From Octopus bimaculoides (Eukaryota), in contig NC_068995.1 in the NCBI RefSeq assembly GCF_001194135.2, forward strand, positions 16,463,212 through 16,512,482: DNA of 49,271 nt, in the 5' to 3' direction. The translations under genes and the position numbers were made by a program. The notes under the pieces are model-generated. The model was not told the origin of the DNA. It ran no database searches and saw only the letters and a program-made list of their open reading frames with translations. Each line of letters opens with the position of its first letter. Within the stretch, counting starts at the first letter, position 1. This document shows positions 1-12,187 of this stretch, one piece after another.

Positions 1-39
<39 letters not shown>
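1..39. repeat. (CA)n microsatellite
   Basis: Perfect AC dinucleotide run from the window start. Confidence 0.98.
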
Positions 40-41
<2 letters not shown>

Positions 42-1265
42 GTCTCCAGAAGTTAAGGCAATTGAAGTTATGGACTTTAATAACTATCAATAAATGTGAT
101 ACGATATGAAAATTATATATCATTATAGAAACTTAGCATGTCTTTTTGCTTCAGACTAAATAAACTCAGATTTATGAATTAGATACTGGCTATAGACCAA
201 AATACAATCATGTCCCTCCACGTGGGAGGTGAAAGTAATACACTATAGGAAAAAAGCTTAAAATTAACCAAATGAGTCTGGAAAATTGTCAAGAAATTTC
301 AAGAGACTGGTTCCACTAGGATGTGGCTGAAAAAGAAGTGTGTGGATCCCTCATCTATTCAAAAGTACCAGAAGGCAAGATCCTTGTTCCATCAGAGAAC
401 TAGCTGCTGCAGCAAAATTAAGCTGAACATCAATGTATTGAGTATTGAAGGAGGATCTCAGGACCCATTCCTACAAGATGATCCACTGACATGAGCTCAT
501 GCAAGTTTATAAGGCCATGAGGCTGGAGAAAAGTTGTCTTATCCTGTGTCAGATTGCTGAAGGCAGCATGCCCGACTCGGTGTTCATTGATGAAAAGAAA
601 TTTTACATCGAACAGACAGTTAACCACCAGAATGACTAAGTTTGAAGTGTATCTGGCTCTGTCGAGGACAGACTCATAAATCAACATCATAATCCACAGC
701 CACTGGATGGTCTCACCTTGTTTTTGTGTCCCTGGTTGTTAAAATTAACCCCCAGCGATACATTAGTGATATTCTGGAAGCTAAACTGCTTCCATGGGAA
801 AATGAGCACTTTCAAGGTGTACCTTGGAATCTCCAACAAGACTCAGTACCATCCCACAACTCCGAACAGACACAACACTGGATTCAGAAAAACATTTCCT
901 CGTTCATGGTCAATGATGTATGGCCCTTAAGAAGCACAATCTCAACCTGTTGGATTTTTCTCTTTGGTCCATTTTGGAGACGAGTGTCTTGAGCACTCCT
1001 CATACTTTGCTCAACACTCTGAAGACAAAACTGAGCCAGGAATTGGCTTTGATTCTGCAAGAACAGCTGCATGCTGTGTGTGAAACCTTCACATCTAGAC
1101 TTGAGGCTGTGATTCAAAACAGAGGTGGTCCTATCAAATAAATGTGGTAGTGTCATAATTGTGTTTCATTTACCATTGCATTGCAATGCTCAGACCCGAA
1201 ATATAATAATATTTTGCTTTGGCAAAATTAAAAAAAGTTTGTTGCCTTAATTTTGGGACACCTTT
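38..1265 (+). mobile_element. Decayed Tc1/mariner-superfamily DNA transposon of DD37D (maT) type, with both TIRs
   Basis: Left end ggtctccagaagttaaggcaat (41-62) matches the reverse complement of right end gttgccttaattttgggacacc (1241-1262) at 17/22; TA at 1266-1267. Transposase remnants: VWKIVKKFQETGST from 276, VFIDEKKF..IEQTVNHQND (D1 at 589-591), QQDS (D2 at 840-842), LNLLDFSLWSILE (D3 at 953-955). There are 37 residues between D2 and D3 after correcting a 1-nt deletion near 936-940. Multiple stops and frameshifts. Confidence 0.88.
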
Positions 1266-1480
1266 TATATATACTTCACTTCGTGCATTTCCACAAATCA
1301 CATGACCTTTAACATCAGAGTCCGTATCCTTGGGATGAGTACAGTATAGTCCGTATTATCCATGGCCATCTGGTTGATCATCATCATGATTCATTCATTC
1401 CATCAGGCAACACTGCATTAGTAGATGAATAAAAGATGTTTCTCTCTTCTTGCCAGTATGAAGGCCAATCTAGTTATGTG

Positions 1481-1781
1481 CCCCTGGATTGGCTCTTGTG
1501 CGGGGCCGTTGTAGGATTTTCGAGCGGGATCGTTCCTGGTTCCCCTGGACTGGCTCATGTGCAGGTGACACATGAAATCTTTCGAGTGAGATCGTTGCCA
1601 GCGCCCCTGGACTGGCTCTTGTGCAGGTGACACAAGAAATTTTTCGAGCGAGACCGTTGCCAGTGCCCCTGGACTGGCTCTTGTGCAGGGCCGTTGTAGG
1701 ATTTTCAAGCGAGATCGTTGCTGGTTCCCCTGGACTGGCTCATGTGCGGGCGACACATAAANNNNNNNNNNNNNNNNNNNN
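1481..1781 (+). repeat. GC-rich minisatellite with a 61-62 bp unit, running into an assembly gap
   Basis: Anchor cccctgga at 1481, 1542, 1604, 1666 and 1727 (periods 61, 62, 62, 61); two unit variants. Confidence 0.92.
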
Positions 1782-1856
1782 NNNNNNNNNNNNNNNNNNN
1801 NNNNNNNNNNNNNNNNNNNNNNNNNNNNNNNNNNNNNNNNNNNNNNNNNNNNNNNN

Positions 1857-2080
1857 TGAGCGTGGCCGTTGCCAGTACCGCCTGACTGGCCTTCGTGCGG
1901 GTGACACGTAAAAGCACCCACTACAATCTCTGAGTGCTTGGCGTTAGGAAGGGCATCCAGCTGTAGAAACTCTGCCAAATCAGATTGGAGCGTGGTGTAG
2001 CCATCTGGTTTCACCAGTCCTCAGTCAAATCGTCCAACCCATGCTAGCATGGAAAGCGGACGTTAAACGACGACGACGAT
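1857..2080 (+). mobile_element. 3' end of an RTE-type LINE or derived SINE, with (GAC/GAT)n tail
   Basis: Ends ...atgctagcatggaaagcggacgttaaac(gac)n. 1921-2068 differs at 6 of 148 positions from the reverse complement of 49124-49271. The same tail is attached to RTE ORF2 C-terminal coding remnants at 26690-27403. Confidence 0.85.
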
Positions 2081-2082
2081 GG

Positions 2083-2120
<38 letters not shown>

Positions 2121-2789
2121 GAGCATGTTCATTTATATATGACACTTGTCACCACTTGATCAAAGTAGTACAAGTGATGCTGCCTCTCACTGCTTGTTAG
2201 CATTAAAACTGGTGGGTCAGATATGTGTTGGTCAATGAGAATCTAGCCACAAAATCCTGTCACACATAACTGTTTAAAAATGCAGAACAACAATGAATAT
2301 TAAACAAATGAACAAATATGTGTGACACACTCCTGTACAGTTTCTGTCAACTTGTTTTTCCTCACAGGGCATTGATTGCTTTGTGACTCCAGTTGAATTC
2401 ATTTGCCCAACGTGTCATAAAGTGGGATAATACTTGCACCATAGTCTCTAACCATCTCGTCTTATAACTTTATGAATTTACTGATCCTCTCTCTCCCACC
2501 ATAAGCTCTGTTTCATATTCTTTCTTATACTCAACTTCTTGTACCTTGAGAGTGTGCTCTGCATTTCACACCCCGCCTCATTTTTATCTCCCCTGTAGTA
2601 AGACACTTGTACTTGACATACTATCGTACGGTATCCCCTCAACACTTGGCATAAAGACCCCCACCCCCACCTTCTCTCAGATACACTTCCATCCTGCTGT
2701 GGAGTTTCTTTTCTTTGCTTGTCTTGCATGTTAATTTGTGACCTTGCAAGTGCTGATGTCAGGTAATAAAAAATTGCCCAGTACACACC

Positions 2790-2930
2790 CTAAAGTGGTT
2801 CGCGACAGGAAAGTGATCCAGCAATAGCAACCATGCCAAAGCTGATACTGGATTTCAAATTGTCCTACAGCTTGCCGGATCATGTTTGGCCAGCATGGAA
2901 AATGGATGTTGAGTGATGATGATGATAATC
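2790..2930 (+). mobile_element. Degenerate copy of the RTE/SINE 3' end
   Basis: ...ccagcatggaaaatggatgttgagtgatgatgatgat resembles the tail at 2045-2080. Confidence 0.55.
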
Positions 2931-3319
2931 TTCACACACTCTCACACATATATGTGTGTGTGTGTGTGTGTAGGGGAGGGGCTCTGCATTGCCTCCTGTG
3001 CTAATTTTCTGCCACATTACTTAAAAATTGTGGTAGAGGCCTTGGTTTCAGGACCACACATGTCTAGAAACTGAGGTTTGGGTAAGCACGGGCATGCTCC
3101 CCATAGAAAATCCAGCTCCCAAAAAGCCGCAGGGCAGCAAAGGAGTATGGGCACCAGCCAGCCCACTGGTTGGGGTGGGCTGCACCAGCCTACCTCGGTT
3201 GCTATGGCATTGAGGTAGATCCTGCCACCCCCATTAATGGAGACAAAACCCGGATGTAAAATACTCGATGATGATGATGTATGAATTCATGTGTTCTTGC
3301 AAAACATTTGTGTGTGAGT

Positions 3320-3715
3320 AGGTTTGATTTCTTATGTCTATGTTATATATATTTATACAGACACACGCACACACGTGTGTGTGTATATATATATATATAT
3401 ATATGTATTTATGTATGTATATATATGTATGTATGTATACATGTGTATGCGGGCATAACCAGTGATGGCTCCACATGTATTTAAATTTTTGTGCATTTGT
3501 AGTTGTGTGTGTGTGCGTGTGTGCATTTATGAATACACATGGATGTGCATTTTTGTGCATCTATACATCTATAGCCATGGATATATGTGTGTGTGTATAT
3601 GACAAATGATGTATAAATATATGCTGCAATTTTATAACTGAATATTTCAATATGTGTGTGTATATACACACACACTCACTCACATATATGTATCTATACA
3701 TACGTATATCATATA

Positions 3716-3765
<50 letters not shown>

Positions 3766-3859
3766 ATACATATGTATGTGTAATGTATATATGTGGGTCT
3801 GTATGTGAATACACAAATATGATTATCTCATACGCATGTACATATGTGCTCACACACAT

Positions 3860-3907
<48 letters not shown>

Positions 3908-4070
3908 CACCCGTGTGTGCACGTTTCTATTACATCTGTGCATCACGTACATACACATATGTGGAAGGAAATGAAACTGTATATATGTGTACAGATATGT
4001 ATGTCTGTGTCTGAGTTTACTTTTATGTGTGTTTCTGCATGTGTTTGTGTGTGTGTGTGTGTGTGTGTGG
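3320..4070. repeat. Compound (AT)n/(GT)n/(CA)n microsatellite tract
   Basis: Interleaved dinucleotide runs that generate the YI/VC/HT pseudo-ORFs. Similar tracts occur at 4550-4800, 5480-5660, 10610-11360, 15820-16160, 17820-18066, 25420-25560, 32505-32730, 36380-36600 and 48770-49100. Confidence 0.9.
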
Positions 4071-4661
4071 ACTGATATATTGCTGCTAACATAGTTAATG
4101 TCACATGGGGGTGTGGATCATTCTCATCTAATCAGTTAAAGATATTTTTATTGTTATGCACATTCCTCTATCTTCTCTCCTCATTCCTATTCATTATCGT
4201 CACAGTCTTCACCCTTAGTCTTTCCCTCCCACCATCCCTCTAACTCTCCCTAATTTTTCCCCTTCATTTCAATTCTTTCCATTTTTGTTTTCCCCCTTAA
4301 TACCATTTTCAAAACTTATTTTTATTTTACTCACCCAGACTACCCCATTCATCTATTAAAAAATAATGAAAAGATTAAAAATCCCCTAAAAGATAAAAAT
4401 GAATAAAAAAAAAACAGAATATAACCAAAATATATTGTTTTTTTCTCAATGTTTCATCTGCCACCCCCTCATTTTCTTATATATATTTTTTATTTTGTTA
4501 GACTTCCATAGAACTTTTATGTACTATTATGATGCATATACATAAACTATATGCACACAGACACAGGCACACACATACATACACAGACACATCCATACTC
4601 ACTTACATACGTATATATGCATACATACATATCTATTATCTATCTATCTAGCTCTCTCTCT

Positions 4662-4728
<67 letters not shown>

Positions 4729-5497
4729 TTCCATATGCATATTTACATGCATACATATGCATGTACACATACACATGGATATTTGTATACTTACATATGT
4801 GTGTCCGTGTTTGTCTGTGTGTTTATAAACTGTATCAATTTATGAGCCACTGGAACTCGGAAGAAAATGGCATATTAGCTAGCTGTCTTTACTGGCTGAG
4901 CCATTATCTGATATTGGATTGTGTTTCTGTCAGAGATGATGTAACTCTGTCTTACAGTTTCTCTTTTTCTCTCCCTCCATCTCTCTTATTCTACTGGATT
5001 CTGAATTTCTTATTTGCTTCTTACTTCTTCTCTCTGTCTTGTCTTTCTCATTCATTGGCTCTCTCTGTCTGCCTATCTGTCCGTCTCTCTCTCTCTGTCC
5101 TGTGTCTCTATCGCATTCAAGTTGGATTCTCAGTTTTTGATTTCTGCATTGCAATAGAAAGCAAAGTAGGGGGGCTTAGAGAGACTTTAGCTAGAAAAAT
5201 CTTATAAATCTAGGATTTGTTATCAAATGACTTTGGTTGGTGAAGCTCCATTAAAAACCAATCAAATAAACTAATTGCTCTCTTCCAGCAAACCGATATG
5301 TTGGATTTGGCCATTTTGAATTGGGAAGCCAGTTTGATGGATTCTAGTTTAGAAGTGTAGCTAAGATCTTCAATATCTGTATTTGGAATTATTTTTAGAA
5401 TGCCCAGGCTTTAGCTATAATATTTATCTACTGTCTTTACTCTATAATTTCCCTGAAAAGAAAGAAATAATACATATACATGCATACATACATATAC

Positions 5498-5568
<71 letters not shown>

Positions 5569-6589
5569 CAGAGATAGACTGATAAACATAAATGATCTAT
5601 ATATCTCTATCTATCTATCTATCTATTTATCTACACACACACACACACACACACATCAATGTATGAAATTGTTCCATTACATGATATCTTCTTAGTTATA
5701 CTGCAACGTAATATGAGCAGTTCTGTGTTATTCGGTCTTTGGAAATATTTCCTCATTACCAGGCTGCTCAAGAGATTGTTGTTTACTTCTATTTGGCCAT
5801 TTTAACAGTATGTGGATCAACATATATTGATAAATTATTATTTATCTTGTAAGATTAAGAAAGGGAATTGGCAATCATTATAGCAGCAGATGTAATGATA
5901 TAATGCCTTGTGGTATTTGTTCAGGCTCTGTGTGCTCTGATTTTGAATCGTGACAAGATCTGCTTTGGCTTTTATCCTCTCCTTCTGATCAATAACAAAA
6001 GTACCGGCCTAGGCTGATGGATTGGCTGGTGCGATAACTTGCAGTATCTATTCTGGTTCTGTGTATTCTAAGTTTCAATCTCACATTTTCTGATAAAAGA
6101 AAAATGGATCTTTTGGGACCTGGCAGAAATGGTGATAAGCTTGGGAGTTCCTTAAGTAAGTGCCGTAGTATCTGCAGCTTATCTCTTTCGGTGGCAGCAA
6201 ACCTGTTGGCAGGGGAGAACACAGGGGAATTTGGAAGTCCTGGACAATCTCTCCTTCTTTCTGACTCTCTTGTGACATTTATCAGTTGAGATTAAACATC
6301 TTTGAATCATCTATAAAATGCATCAAATGTAGAGTTTTTGTTGTAAGTTTAACCCTAGGTTCAGTCAACCCTCATTAAAGAGACATATGTTTCAAGACAG
6401 TTGTTCATTGTACCTCTCTCTCTTTCTTCAATGTACCACTACTTTAGACAATGTGTCTTTCTATGTCTCACATGTGGTAGGATATGAATTGACAGTTATT
6501 TGGGTGCTATTACTTGCACATCTATTGACTCTGTAGAGGCTCTCCAACTCAGCCATTTTGAAAGTTTGTGGGTAAAAATTATATATATG

Positions 6590-6665
<76 letters not shown>

Positions 6666-6767
6666 ATATGATATAAGAAAATGGAGAAGAAATATAGTGG
6701 ATACATAGTTAATTTTGTTTGTATGAAAAAAAGTAATACATATAAGATTTGAAATTTAAAGGAATAG

Positions 6768-6817
<50 letters not shown>

Positions 6818-6988
6818 GGGGCAGTTGCCTGCCCATCAGCATGTTTGTATACTTTCTGTGCTCCTCTTACAGAATTAACTCTTATTTCTAGCAATGTAGG
6901 TGCTCTGGCATCCTAAGTCACACTTAGTGATAATTGAATTTTTCCATTATGGTATCACATTCCACCTGACTATTTATACTAATTCATA

Positions 6989-7069
6989 GGAGAGGGTGTG
7001 TGGTAAGTAGCTTGCTTATGAACCACATGGTTCTGGGTTCAGTCCCACTGTGTGGCACCTTGGGCAAGT
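6989..7069 (+). mobile_element. 5' fragment of a tRNA-derived SINE
   Basis: gtgtggtaagtagcttgct...ggttcagtcccactg..ggcaccttgggcaag is the same head as the copy at 11858-12187. Confidence 0.8.
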
Positions 7070-7100
7070 AGAGAGACAGATATTTATAGGATGTAGCACA

Positions 7101-7142
<42 letters not shown>

Positions 7143-8089
7143 NNNNNNNNNNNNNNNNNNNNNNNNNNNNNNNNNNNNNNNNNNNNNNNNNNNACATTCA
7201 TAAATGTACACACAGACAATCACGTGTTTAAAATGATGTAAAATTGGATATATGTATGTATGTGTCTGTGCGAGTGTTTCTTTGTGATGAACAGCAGAAA
7301 AACCACTTACCCCCTCTTTAAAGCTATGTATTCCTCACACCCACCTTTCTTTCCCTTCCTTGGCACCTTAAATGTTACCTGTGTGTGCATGTATCTATAT
7401 ATTTATGAAAGTATGTATGCAGCATTGTCTGTATATGACAGCTGTATTAATGTTCTTATCCCATTGCCTCTCCATATTTCTCACTTACACAACACTGTTG
7501 TCTCCTTCCCTGATTTCAGTCACACTCTCTATGCTACTACATTTCCCTTGTTCTAACACTCTTTGCATCCTTCCCATTTTATCAGATAATAGCCCAACAC
7601 CACTAGGGGTCCAACATATACTTTTATTGAAATCCAATTAACCTATAATTGAACTGGATGTTAGTTTAACATGTATGCAGAGTTTCGTCAAGATTGGTTC
7701 ACAGGTATAGGCAGCAAGATGGTAACTGACAAATCAACAGACAGAAATTGCCAGTTATGTATAAGATATAATATATGGGAGACTTGGCTGTTATTTCTAG
7801 CCAGTCAAGGGACTTATAACGACTTTCTTGATTCATTTCTTTCTAAGATAAGACCACAAGCTAGTATATATAATGTCTGTCTGAAAAGAAATCAGAATTT
7901 CAAAAAACCATTATTGCAAATGATNNNNNNNNNNNNNNNNNNNNNNNNNNNNNNNNNNNNNNNNNNNNNNNNNNNNNNNNNNNNNNNNNNNNNNNNNNNN
8001 NNNNNNNNNNNNNNNNNNNNNNNNNNNNNNNNNNNNNNNNNNNNNNNNNNNNNNNNNNNNNNNNNNNNCACTTTTTCTTATTCTGAATT

Positions 8090-8445
8090 TTCTCTTTTCC
8101 ATTTTCTGAACTTGTTTTTAGAGATAGCACGCAGTCCTTGTTGCAAACTTGTTTGGTCTATTTTTGTGTATGAACGCAGGAATCTTTCAGGCTGGATTTC
8201 AATTTTGGTAGCAAAATACTGCTCACAAGGGCAAATCTGGAGAGAGAAGCCACCAAAGAATGAGAGACAACTACTTTGCTAAAATGTCAGAGATGAATGT
8301 TGCATGAGAGCGTATTGTCATGGTGCAGTGTCCAGGTTTTTGTTGGTCCATGTTTCAGGCCTCTTCCTTTACACTGCCTTTCTCAAACATCTCAGGACAA
8401 TCAACTAAAACTCTTTATTGATTGTCTGACATCTAGAATATAATC
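8090..8445 (-). mobile_element. Degenerate mariner transposase fragment
   Basis: Minus-strand remnants QTINKEF*LIVLRCLRKAV*RKRPETW, WTLHHDN (8334-8314), SPDL, LPKLKSSLK and SLQQGLRAISKNKFRKWKR follow the canonical mariner catalytic/C-terminal order, with frameshifts. Confidence 0.8.
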
Positions 8446-8829
8446 ATCTTGAACAATGATTTTCTAGTTAAAGAAAACAATTAACATCAGCTTCATATTT
8501 GAATGACTCTGATGTGTTTTTTAATTTCTTTTTTTTTTTAATCTTTGGTTGCATTTATGATGATTGATCTCTGTGAGAATGCCCTTTTTGTTTTGGCAAC
8601 ATAGCAATACGCCTACATTTCATTACCTCTTATAACACTTTTCAAGAACCCTCAACATTCAAATGATTTAACAGCTCCTAACTCAATGTGTCTCAGTTCC
8701 TCTTTTTGTTCATCTGCAAGCAGATGTGGCACAGATTTTGCTGTAACATGACACATATTCAATTTTTCTTTTAGAATCATTTGGCACACAGATTTTTACA
8801 GGTACTTGCTTGTTAGAAAATGTCACTAT

Positions 8830-9250
8830 CAGGAAATGATTTTGATGTATTACAGTATGTACTTTTGTTAAGTGATCATCAGTCCTTAACTCAACTTGCA
8901 ATCATTTTTCTGATAAACACAAACTGCAGTGTTTTGTGCCATTCCACGGGGTTGTGACTCTATCCAGGATAACTGTGGGAAATGTTGGTGGAATGACTTC
9001 TTTGTGCCTCCATTTTTTTCTTGCTCTTCAAAAGCCATGTGGTGTATTAGTATTCTTCCCCTTGGCAGCTTATGGAAGAATTTTTGTGTTGGCATGAATT
9101 TTCTCTCAGGCATCCAGTATATGTAACTATACCTTAATGAAGTAAACAATTTCTTTTTCGAATAAATCAGATCAAATTGAAATTGCTTCTTTAAGGGAGG
9201 GAGATAGTGGTTTGGGTGTGACGGGAGGAATAGGTGTCTCATTCAAATGA
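8830..9250 (-). mobile_element. Degenerate Penelope-like element endonuclease-region fragment (second PLE family)
   Basis: Frameshifted minus-strand pieces TYTG (9124-9113), HKNSSI, YTTWLLKSK and ILDRVTTPWNGTKHCSLCLSEK (8970-8905) resemble the YIG...HKxSF...YIWxLK...CxLCLxEK layout I recall from marine-invertebrate PLEs. Confidence 0.6.
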
Positions 9251-9259
9251 ATCAAATTG

Positions 9260-9491
9260 TATTGGGTTGTCCAGAAAGTTAGTGCCGATTTTTAAAGGAA
9301 AGAAAAAGGTCAATAAATACTTGCCATTACATTTTTAATCAACCAAATATGAACCATTTTGTTGCACACTGCATCTCCATCTTTCCTTTAACTTGAAAAT
9401 ACCCTCTTCCCAGAATTGAAGTGGTTTCATAGGAAATAAGTCGAAAGGTAAGCTACTATAAATTGCCATGAACTTTCCGGACAACCCAATA
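9260..9491. mobile_element. Mariner-derived MITE with TA target duplication
   Basis: tattgggttgtccagaaagtt (9260-9280) matches the reverse complement of aactttccggacaacccaata (9471-9491) at 20/21; TA at both ends. Confidence 0.88.
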
Positions 9492-11857
9492 TTTAGAGAT
9501 TTGTTTCATGCTTCTACTTTCTTCTGGGCAGCTGCTGCCCTAGTTTCATTTCTAAAATACACCCATAGACTTGAAGAAATACTGTAAAGTTCCCATCCAG
9601 TCCCGTATAGATTAATGATTCTTAACCAGGATTCATATGGTCCCTTGCTGATCTGTATAAGGTTTTGTTGTTAAAATTTATCTGCAAGGAATCGGTTATA
9701 TTTCAACAATGTGCAAAATATTTTAACAATATTTTTTCATACAATTTTTGATATTTAATTATATAAATACAGTAGGATTTTTTGAACATTGAAAGAGTAT
9801 GGAGGGTCCATCTGAATAAAATAGGAATCAAAGGAGTCCATAGGTAAAAAAAAAAAGTAATTGAGAAACACTAATATAGAGCAAAGAAGAGATTCTATAT
9901 GTAATCTCTTCAGCTGCTAGAAATAGCTGCTAAACCTCCTTTATCACACCCTACTGTCTCAAAACAGGAAAGACAAATCTGCAAAAATAGATAAATACAT
10001 AAATAAATAATGTCTTCTGTATAGTCTTAGCCTTTAACTGTAAGTCTACTTGATCTGAATGACCTGGGGCTAAACAACACTAAGAACAACAACAACAATG
10101 ACATCTGAAGTAAGGCAGATTTGAATCTTTTGTTATCAGGTAAGAAGTAGTTTCTGGCTAAGCAGCGACCCATTGACACCATAAGAATGCTGGAAAAGCA
10201 CCTAAGTGTATTAATGAAGCCGAATTATATTCAGTCTTTACTGGTTGTGAAGCTGCCACAAAAACTCATTAAGTTAGTTGGCACCTTAGAAGAGAGAACC
10301 AACGGAAGCTTTCCAACAAAATAATGATGAAGAAATTAGGTAGAAATCAATGTGCTCCCCTCAGGCGATGCTGGCCGGTCGGTGGCTTTCATTGATAACC
10401 ATTTATACGGCAGATCCCAATAAGCTAAAGAAATGGGAAGTCAAGCAACACCTACTTCTCTGTGGTGTAATATCTTATAAGAAATATGATTACTTTGTCA
10501 CCAGTGTTTTTGTGTGTTGCGTTTCTTTGTTGCGTTTGCTTGCTTGCTTTTATTTGTTTATCTCACTTATACTCGGTGTCTTATTGGTGATAATTATTAT
10601 TTGTTAAGTGCGTGTGTGTAGGTGTGCATGTATATGTGTGTGTCTGTAGGTGTGCATGCATGTGTGTGTGTGTGTGTGTGTTTCACAAATACTTAATGTC
10701 TTATCACTGATAAGGTATTTTACAAGTGCGTGTATGAATGGGTTTCTGCATGTGTATGTGTGTAGGTGTATGTATATGTTACGTACATATGTGTGTGTGT
10801 GTGTGTGAATGCTATGTGTGAGTCACTTTGTATGTGTGTGTGTGTGTGTGTGTGTCTGTTTCACTCATACTTACTGTCTTTGAAATAAGGTGTGTGTGTG
10901 TGTGTGTGTGTACGTATGTTTGTGGTTTAAATGCATGTGTGTATAGAGTTGTGATTGGGCATTCTTGTATGTGTAAGTTTGTTTGGGTATGCTTGTGCAT
11001 GAGGTGTGTGTGTGTGTGTGTGTGCATCTGTGCTTGTATCGTCCTTACTTAATGTCTTATCATCAGGGGTAAGATATCAGTAACTGAGTTTGAGTAAACA
11101 GGTTTGGGTTTGAGTATGTGTATGCATGTGTATATGGGTATGTGGTGTGTATAGTGTGTGTCAGAGATGTGTATAATGCATAGGGGAGGGTATAGTCTAT
11201 GTGCATTCAGGTATGCATGTTTGTGTGTATGCAGGGATTGACCTTACTTGCAATTATGAGTGAAACATTATACTAATGTCTTATTAGAAGTAAGGTGTTT
11301 GTGAATGTATATAAATACATGTGTGTATATGAGTGCATGTGCTCTGTGTGTGTATGTATGTGAGCCAAGTTGTTAACTAAGATTTATAATGCCCAGGGCT
11401 AAACAATAAATGGTATTCATAAAGCCAGTGTTTCTTTTAGTTCTGTCTCATTCCTATAATGATACTCAAACTTGTTGCTCAGAATAATATTTCTTAATAC
11501 TTTTAAGAAGAATCTGACTTCATCACAAATAAAAATATACAATACATACATAAAACATTAAATGTATATAAAACTCTTGTATCTATGCTTATAAGTAAAA
11601 CAATATGAAGACATGTAAATGTTTATCAAAATGATGAGGACATAAATAAATAGACATGGCTAGTGCAGTTAAAAATCTCATTTTGCAACCACATGATTTG
11701 GGGTTCAGTCCCACTGTACTACATTTTGTGAGAGTGTCTTCTAAGTGTCCTCTACTAAGCTCCAAGTTGACTGTTGCCTTGTCCCAGAATTCATTAAAAG
11801 GAAACCATGTTGAAGCCATGTATGTACATATGTGTGTATATCTATATATACATATCA

Positions 11858-12187
11858 GAGTGGTTGTGTGGTAAGTAGCTTGCTTGCCAACCACATGGTT
11901 CTGGGTTTGAAATCCACTGTGCGGCACCTTGGGCAAGTGTCTTATATTATATCCTCAGGCTGACCAAAGCTTCATGACTGGATTTGGTATATATGTGTCT
12001 GTGTTTGTACCCTCCACCATCGCTTGACAACCAATGTTGGCATGTTTACATCCCTGTAACTTAGCGGTTTGAGACTAATAGAATAAGTACTAGGCTTACA
12101 AAGAATAAGTCCTGGGGTCGATTTGTTCGACTAAAGGTGGTGCTCCAGCATGGCCACAGTCAAATGACTGAAACAAATGAAAGAATA
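11858..12187 (+). mobile_element. Near full-length tRNA-derived SINE (abundant family)
   Basis: A/B-box-like head, central ggcaccttgggcaagtgtctt, and 3' ...ggtgctccagcatggccacagtcaaatgactgaaaca. Reverse-oriented copies at 28800-29220, 34094-34440, 41305-41590 and 27838-27945. Confidence 0.85.

Noticed and set aside
1481-1781. Regularly spaced repeats resembling a CRISPR array
   Set aside because: The whole 61-62 bp unit repeats with no unique spacers; the context is eukaryotic and no cas genes are present.
2960-3235. GC-rich patch possibly a LINE 5' UTR or promoter
   Set aside because: There is no second copy in the window and no downstream ORF remnant, so neither reading is supported.
6045-6155. 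111-nt + strand exon candidate with a perfect gtaagt donor
   Set aside because: It is open only in phase 1-1, has a weak acceptor, shows no COG1 similarity and is incompatible with the phase-0 exon at 15670.
8775-8801. 27-nt phase 0-0 micro-exon NHLAHRFLQ with L.H.F.Q similarity to human COG1 VLIHGFTQ
   Set aside because: It sits next to an antisense PLE remnant, is too short for the match to mean much, and would leave about 16 COG1 residues unaccounted for. Worth a glance only if junction reads exist.
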